In this document: positions 59,333 through 64,000 of the stretch, piece by piece
Layout: each line of letters opens with the position of its first letter
Position numbering within the stretch: position 1 is the stretch's first letter
Assembly: GCA_017619795.1 (NCBI GenBank)
Contig: JAFZRP010000110.1
Coordinates: forward strand, 42,365-106,364
Direction of reading: 5' to 3'
From: Treponema sp.
Lineage (GTDB): Bacteria > Spirochaetota > Spirochaetia > Treponematales > Treponemataceae
DNA: 64,000 bases
Program-made: the position numbers and the translations under genes
The notes under the pieces: model-generated
The model's database searches: none
What the model was told of the DNA's origin: nothing
What the model saw: only the letters and a program-made list of their open reading frames with translations

Positions 59333-61308
59333 TTTAATATCTCTACATTATCACCAGTTATAGTTACGTAGCCTCTTGTTGAACCATATTGAACTGTAAA
59401 ATCATCAAGACTAACTTGAGAGCCTGCAGCAATTGCACCAGTTGATCCGTCTGCACTATTGGTTATGCTGATTTTCAGGCTTGGAGTATTAGCTGCAGCA
59501 CTAATGGAGAACTGATACCAACCTTCAAGCTCACCGCTTTTTGTATCAAAGGCAAACTTGTAAGCCTGACTTATTGGTGTAGTAACATTACCACTATCAT
59601 CAGTCTTAATTTCTGCCTTTTTATTTGCAGAGAACTGAACCGCATCTACAAGCTTATTTCCGTTGCTGTCTGTTATTGTAATATATGCATCCTCTGAATA
59701 AGGCTTAAGCTTGAACTGGAGCAAATCCTTTTTATACATAGGAAGAGTTGATTCAGTAATTTCAAAGTCAAAGGACTGTGATTGTGTTTTTGATTTTACA
59801 GTAAAGGTATCTCTTGCACGACCTTTTGTTGAACTTTCAATATCACCACCAAAAGAATCAGCAGCATCGTTCATAAGGTTTCCAATAATCTGACCACAAA
59901 TAGCGTTATCAAGAACAGTACCTTTTTCTCCATTGAGCATTGTGCAATCATCTTTTGTATAAGCAGTTCCCTTCTTTGTATCCAGGCTTTCTAGTCCATA
60001 ACCAATTGCAAAAATCGGTACATTCTGGTTTGAATGACTGCCGGAAGTTGCAAATACTTTATTATCAGTTATAGCATAGTTTTCCCAGTTCTTTTTAAAC
60101 TGCATATCGCCAGTTTCGTGGTCAGCTGTTATAAGAAGAACTGTGTCCGGATTTTCAAGAACAAACTTTAATGCAATTGCTACAGCTTCATCAAAGTTTC
60201 TTACTTCATTAACAATGCCAACAACATTATTACTTACCTTTGTTGTTTTCATAAACTTATTGTTTGCGTGTCCGTAAATGTCTGTGTATGTATTTTCAAA
60301 CATAAGGAAGAAGCCTTCGTCACCACTTGTTTTCTGTAAACGAGTTAAAGAAAGTGCCATTGCCTGCTGTAAGCTTGGACTCTTTGTTGAAGTTGAATCC
60401 CAGCGTGCATAAGTTGTATCGCCACCAGAGAAAAGATTCCACATTAAATCTTCAGAGTCTAACGCAGGAATGATAGTGCTCAGCTTTGTGTATTTTTTGA
60501 TTTTTTTACCGGAAAGAGGTTGCAGAGCACCTATTGAATCTGTAAGACTGCTGTTTGAACCGCCCATAAAAAGGTCTGCTCCAAACAATACCTGCATATC
60601 GCAGATTTTGTTCCAGCCCTGGCTTCTGTTTTTAGAATGAACAGAAAAATCGGCAGGGGTTGCATCTGGAAGCTCTGCATTTGTTACAACTCCAACCTTC
60701 TTTCCCTTTGAACGAGCAAGTTCACTTAGATTCAAAAGCTCATTTCCCTCACCATCCATTGAAGCAAAAAGCTTTGTTGTTCTATAGCCTGTGGAAATTT
60801 TTGTTCCGCCTGCACCACTATCTGTAACAACTCCACTCATATCGTTTACACCACGTAAAAAGGAATTAGAAACAGCTCTGTATGGCAGTTCATTCATAAG
60901 CAGATCGCCACGGAACTTTGAAGCAGCAACTATTTGAGAAACACCCATTCCGTCGCCAATCATTACAATGTAGTTCTTTGGTTTTTTGAAAAAGTTATCT
61001 TTTTTTAAAGCATCAGCAAGAGCGGCTTTTAGTTCCGGTGTAATATTTGAAGCTTCTCCATGCAAGCTCAGCTCCGGCAAAGAATATGTGTTGTCAGATT
61101 TTGTCCAGGCAGGGATATCTCCTTCTGCACCAGTTGGAAGTGTGTAATCGTCTATATATTCTTTTTCTTTATTTTCAGAAGGAGTATTATTGTTTGGCTC
61201 ATTTGTATTTGCGTCAGTCTTGCAGCCAAAAAATAAAACTGTTGAAAATAATGATAATGTAAATACAACCTTTAATAAAATCGACTTTCTTCTATTATAT
61301 AGCATCAT
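59329..61308 (-). CDS. Alkaline phosphatase family lipoprotein with C-terminal beta-sandwich-like domain (paralogue 3)
   Basis: Lipobox FFGC; IGDGMG, TDSGAGGT, DATPA, ENTYTDIYGH, TADHETG, SHS; about 160-aa beta-rich tail. Confidence 0.9.
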   Translation of the reverse strand: MMLYNRRKSILLKVVFTLSLFSTVLFFGCKTDANTNEPNNNTPSENKEKEYIDDYTLPTGAEGDIPAWTKSDNTYSLPELSLHGEASNITPELKAALADALKKDNFFKKPKNYIVMIGDGMGVSQIVAASKFRGDLLMNELPYRAVSNSFLRGVNDMSGVVTDSGAGGTKISTGYRTTKLFASMDGEGNELLNLSELARSKGKKVGVVTNAELPDATPADFSVHSKNRSQGWNKICDMQVLFGADLFMGGSNSSLTDSIGALQPLSGKKIKKYTKLSTIIPALDSEDLMWNLFSGGDTTYARWDSTSTKSPSLQQAMALSLTRLQKTSGDEGFFLMFENTYTDIYGHANNKFMKTTKVSNNVVGIVNEVRNFDEAVAIALKFVLENPDTVLLITADHETGDMQFKKNWENYAITDNKVFATSGSHSNQNVPIFAIGYGLESLDTKKGTAYTKDDCTMLNGEKGTVLDNAICGQIIGNLMNDAADSFGGDIESSTKGRARDTFTVKSKTQSQSFDFEITESTLPMYKKDLLQFKLKPYSEDAYITITDSNGNKLVDAVQFSANKKAEIKTDDSGNVTTPISQAYKFAFDTKSGELEGWYQFSISAAANTPSLKISITNSADGSTGAIAAGSQVSLDDFTVQYGSTRGYVTITGDNVEILK

Positions 61309-61328
61309 AAATGCAATCTCCTATCGTA

Positions 61329-62492
61329 TTACTCAGCTTCAAACATAGTCTTTGCAAAGTCCAAAAGTGTTGTACAGTCTTTAGCTTTTTCTACTCCATT
61401 TCCAAGAACAAAAGCAGGAATTGTGCTACCGTCAAGAGCGGCAGAAGTAACTACAAGAATTGTGTCCGGATTTTCAAGCACGTATTTAGCAGCTGTTGCA
61501 ACACTTTCATCAAAGTTTTTAAGAGCAGCTTCCTTATCTTCCCGGTCTACAGAATCATAGAATACAAATGCAAAACCATCATCAGGATCTGCTTTTGTTT
61601 CTGTCCAGGCAAGACCAAACTTTACAGTCTGAACTGCAGAAGGGAATGCCTTTACAGTTGTATCAAAAATGTTCAGAACACCATTTGCTTTTGTTTTTAC
61701 ATCCTGATGATCTTTCGTATCAAAGCCCTGGAAGAAAACTTCATCATTATTGTAGCAGGAAACAGCTTCGCTAAAATCTGATGTATACTTATAAGAGCTC
61801 TTGTAGATTTCATTTACATAGCTAGGACTAGATTTAGCACATTCTTTTTTTGCATTATTATTTGCAGTATCTCTTGCAATTACCATAACAGGACGAGGTG
61901 AGTCTATTAACATATTGTAAACAATATTGTCATCAGTTTCTGTTGAAGCATAATGCCCCTTGAACTGCCTGAAAACAGAATTAGTAATTACTCCTGTTGT
62001 TGCATAGCCAATCTTTTTATAGCAGGATTTTGCCAGATAAAGACCGATTACTTTATTCTTATCTGTATTTTCATCTTTCGCTGCGGCGGTAAGACTCATT
62101 TTCTGTGGTAAATCATTTATTATAAGTTCACCATATTTATCTTCTGCAGAAGCAATTAAATCTTCTGTCAGGTCATCAAAAAACATAAAGATTACATTTT
62201 TTACAGCTATATCTTTTGCAGGAAGATTCTGTATTCCTGCCATTATTTTCGCGTTAACATTACTTGCCGAACCATCTTCTTTTACAGAAGGCAAATCGGC
62301 TTTCCCTTTAGGATTCTTTGTCCAGTCTGGAGTTTTTACAGATACTCCTGCGTCCAATGCAAGAGCTGTTTTTCCTTTTTTAAGTTCCATTGGTTTCTCT
62401 TTGTTTTCAATCTCTGGATGTTTGCAGGAAACAAAAATTGCTGCCACAAGGCAAAGTCCTATAAGTTTTCTATTTTTAAAAAGATTTTTCAT
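61329..62492 (-). CDS. Catalytically degenerate alkaline-phosphatase-like lipoprotein (paralogue 2)
   Basis: Lipobox FVSC; keeps KNVIFM, FDESVATAAKYVLENPDTILVVT, IPAFVLG, but GDG, DS, E..D...H, ADH and the last His are all lost. Confidence 0.75.
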   Translation of the reverse strand: MKNLFKNRKLIGLCLVAAIFVSCKHPEIENKEKPMELKKGKTALALDAGVSVKTPDWTKNPKGKADLPSVKEDGSASNVNAKIMAGIQNLPAKDIAVKNVIFMFFDDLTEDLIASAEDKYGELIINDLPQKMSLTAAAKDENTDKNKVIGLYLAKSCYKKIGYATTGVITNSVFRQFKGHYASTETDDNIVYNMLIDSPRPVMVIARDTANNNAKKECAKSSPSYVNEIYKSSYKYTSDFSEAVSCYNNDEVFFQGFDTKDHQDVKTKANGVLNIFDTTVKAFPSAVQTVKFGLAWTETKADPDDGFAFVFYDSVDREDKEAALKNFDESVATAAKYVLENPDTILVVTSAALDGSTIPAFVLGNGVEKAKDCTTLLDFAKTMFEAE

Positions 62493-62537
62493 ATTTTTCC
62501 TCCAAACAATTTTTCTATTTTTTTAACTAAAAGGGGT

Positions 62538-62582
62538 GTCACTGCCGTACTATGGTAGGAGCTTGTTCAGTACGGCAGTGAC
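62538..62582. terminator. 14-bp perfect-stem hairpin between AP paralogues 1 and 2 (terminator or mRNA stabiliser)
   Basis: gtcactgccgtact-N17-agtacggcagtgac; only a weak U-tract on the minus strand. Confidence 0.65.
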
Positions 62583-62622
62583 TTATGTTGTTTTTTATGA
62601 AAGCTTATTTATAAGTAAGTAA

Positions 62623-64000
62623 TTACTCTGGAAGCTTGTATGATATAACTGAGTCTGATTCAGTTTCTGGATCAAGAACACCATTAGCATTCAAGTCACC
62701 ATATTTTTCAAAGCCCATAGCCTTTCCGATTCTAATACCAGTCTGGCGATTCTGATAGCTATAGTCTGTTCCTTCTCTTGTACCGGCTACATAATTTGCC
62801 CAGTCAGTTGCTGTCCAAGCAGATGTATCTTCAGGTTTACAATCACTCCACAAATCAGCTTTAGCACCGAATGCATATACAGGAACTGGCTCTGAAGAAT
62901 GTCCAGTATCTGTAGAAACGATTTTCTTGTAGTTTGTATCCCAACCCTTTTTATAAGTAATAGCACCTGTTTCATGGTCAGCAGTAACAATAAGAAGAGT
63001 ATCTGGATTTTCAAGTACATATTTAAGAGCAATTGCAACACCTTCATCAAAGCACTGAACTTCGTTCAAACAGTCATAAGGCTTCTGAGCGTGTCCCCAT
63101 CCATCTGAACAGGTATTTTCAATAAGACAGTAGAAACCACAGTCACCTTTTGCCTTTGCTTTATGATCAAGAATTGACAAGGTTGAAGCAACCATTTCTG
63201 GATATGAAGGAAGTGTAGTATTCTTTTTACCATAACCAAGCTTATAACCAAACTTCTTAGCAGTCTGTCCCTTAGATGTATCATAAGTATACTTTGCTTC
63301 ATAAGCATAGTTAGAAACAGCACGAATGCTATAATCAGCCTGAACTGCAGGAATAAGCTTTTTGAATGTTGTGTAAGAGTGCATATTTCTGTCTGCTGCC
63401 CAGTTGTTAAAGTCGTAAGTAGTTCCTGTTATAGTCTTATTGTCATAAATCTTGAGCATCTGAATAGCCCATTTCTGCAAGTCTGTTGCATTAGATTCAT
63501 ACCAAAGCTTAAGAGAAGCTTCTTTGCAAGCCTCTTCTAATCTTTCGCCAGAATAATCATCATCGCCAGCTAAATCTGCTTTTGTATCTTTATCCATCTC
63601 GTCATAAATAGCAGCAATAGTTTTTCTTGCATCACCAGTCTTGTCTTCCTGGATGTATTTGCTGTAACCATAATCAGAACCCATAGCAATATCAGGAGAA
63701 GAAAGGAACAATTTTCCATAAATCTGATTCTGATAATCTCTGTTTATAGCGTGAATGCTTACATCAGCAGGAGTTGCATCGCCCATGTGGTCGTTTGTTA
63801 CGTTACCAACAAGCATACCTTTTTCGCGAGCAAGCTCTGCAAGATTCTTTACTTCTGTTCCATTTCCATCAAGACCAATGTAACCATAGCGTGTCTTAAA
63901 GCCAGTTGTAATTGCAGTTCCACCAGCAGAAGAGTCTGTTGTTTTTTCTGCTTTATCCAAAGTACCCTGTCCTGGTTTTGGATATGAATCATGATTTACC
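62623..64000 (-). CDS. Alkaline phosphatase family protein (paralogue 1), 5' part outside the window
   Basis: TDSSAGGTA, DHMGDATPA, ENTCSDGWGH, TADHETG, GHSSEPVP; frame open to base 64000. Confidence 0.9.
   Translation of the reverse strand, partial: VNHDSYPKPGQGTLDKAEKTTDSSAGGTAITTGFKTRYGYIGLDGNGTEVKNLAELAREKGMLVGNVTNDHMGDATPADVSIHAINRDYQNQIYGKLFLSSPDIAMGSDYGYSKYIQEDKTGDARKTIAAIYDEMDKDTKADLAGDDDYSGERLEEACKEASLKLWYESNATDLQKWAIQMLKIYDNKTITGTTYDFNNWAADRNMHSYTTFKKLIPAVQADYSIRAVSNYAYEAKYTYDTSKGQTAKKFGYKLGYGKKNTTLPSYPEMVASTLSILDHKAKAKGDCGFYCLIENTCSDGWGHAQKPYDCLNEVQCFDEGVAIALKYVLENPDTLLIVTADHETGAITYKKGWDTNYKKIVSTDTGHSSEPVPVYAFGAKADLWSDCKPEDTSAWTATDWANYVAGTREGTDYSYQNRQTGIRIGKAMGFEKYGDLNANGVLDPETESDSVISYKLPE

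Noticed and set aside
1-64000. CRISPR arrays, tRNA/rRNA genes, intact IS transposases
   Set aside because: No regularly spaced repeats, cloverleaf or rRNA signatures, or DDE/HUH transposase ORFs seen by eye

Overview
Low-GC (about 38-40% by eye) bacterial chromosome segment, most likely a gut or rumen Treponema-like spirochaete. The basis is spirochaete-style MCPs and lipoprotein signal peptides, a eukaryote-type hexokinase, and Treponema-style intergenic palindromes. The left half holds chemoreceptors, a GH10 xylanase, a GH149-like beta-1,3-glucan phosphorylase, MATE pumps, metY with twin Rrf2-like operators and a hidden leader ORF, a secreted transglutaminase-like/CHAT pair and an HTH-PAS-GGDEF regulator. 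A small AT-rich defence/TA patch at about 28.5-31.5 kb carries Rpn C-terminal fragments, a membrane-anchored Mrr nuclease and RelB-YoeB. The middle has an amino-acid ABC operon, a sigma54-type promoter on hsp20, a dif-like 28-mer with converging GGGNAGGG motifs (possible replication terminus), and an MFS/GH2 junction built like a dnaX-type -1 frameshift site. The right about 24 kb (40.1-64 kb) is the most interesting part. It is a predicted chitin/GlcNAc-oligosaccharide utilisation locus with a GH94 phosphorylase, phosphohexomutase, sugar ABC importer, ROK regulator, GH20, NagA, hexokinase and GH18. It also contains three unassigned GH-like proteins and a tandem array of four alkaline-phosphatase paralogues, one catalytically dead. 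All calls come from motif reading by eye; no database searches were run.
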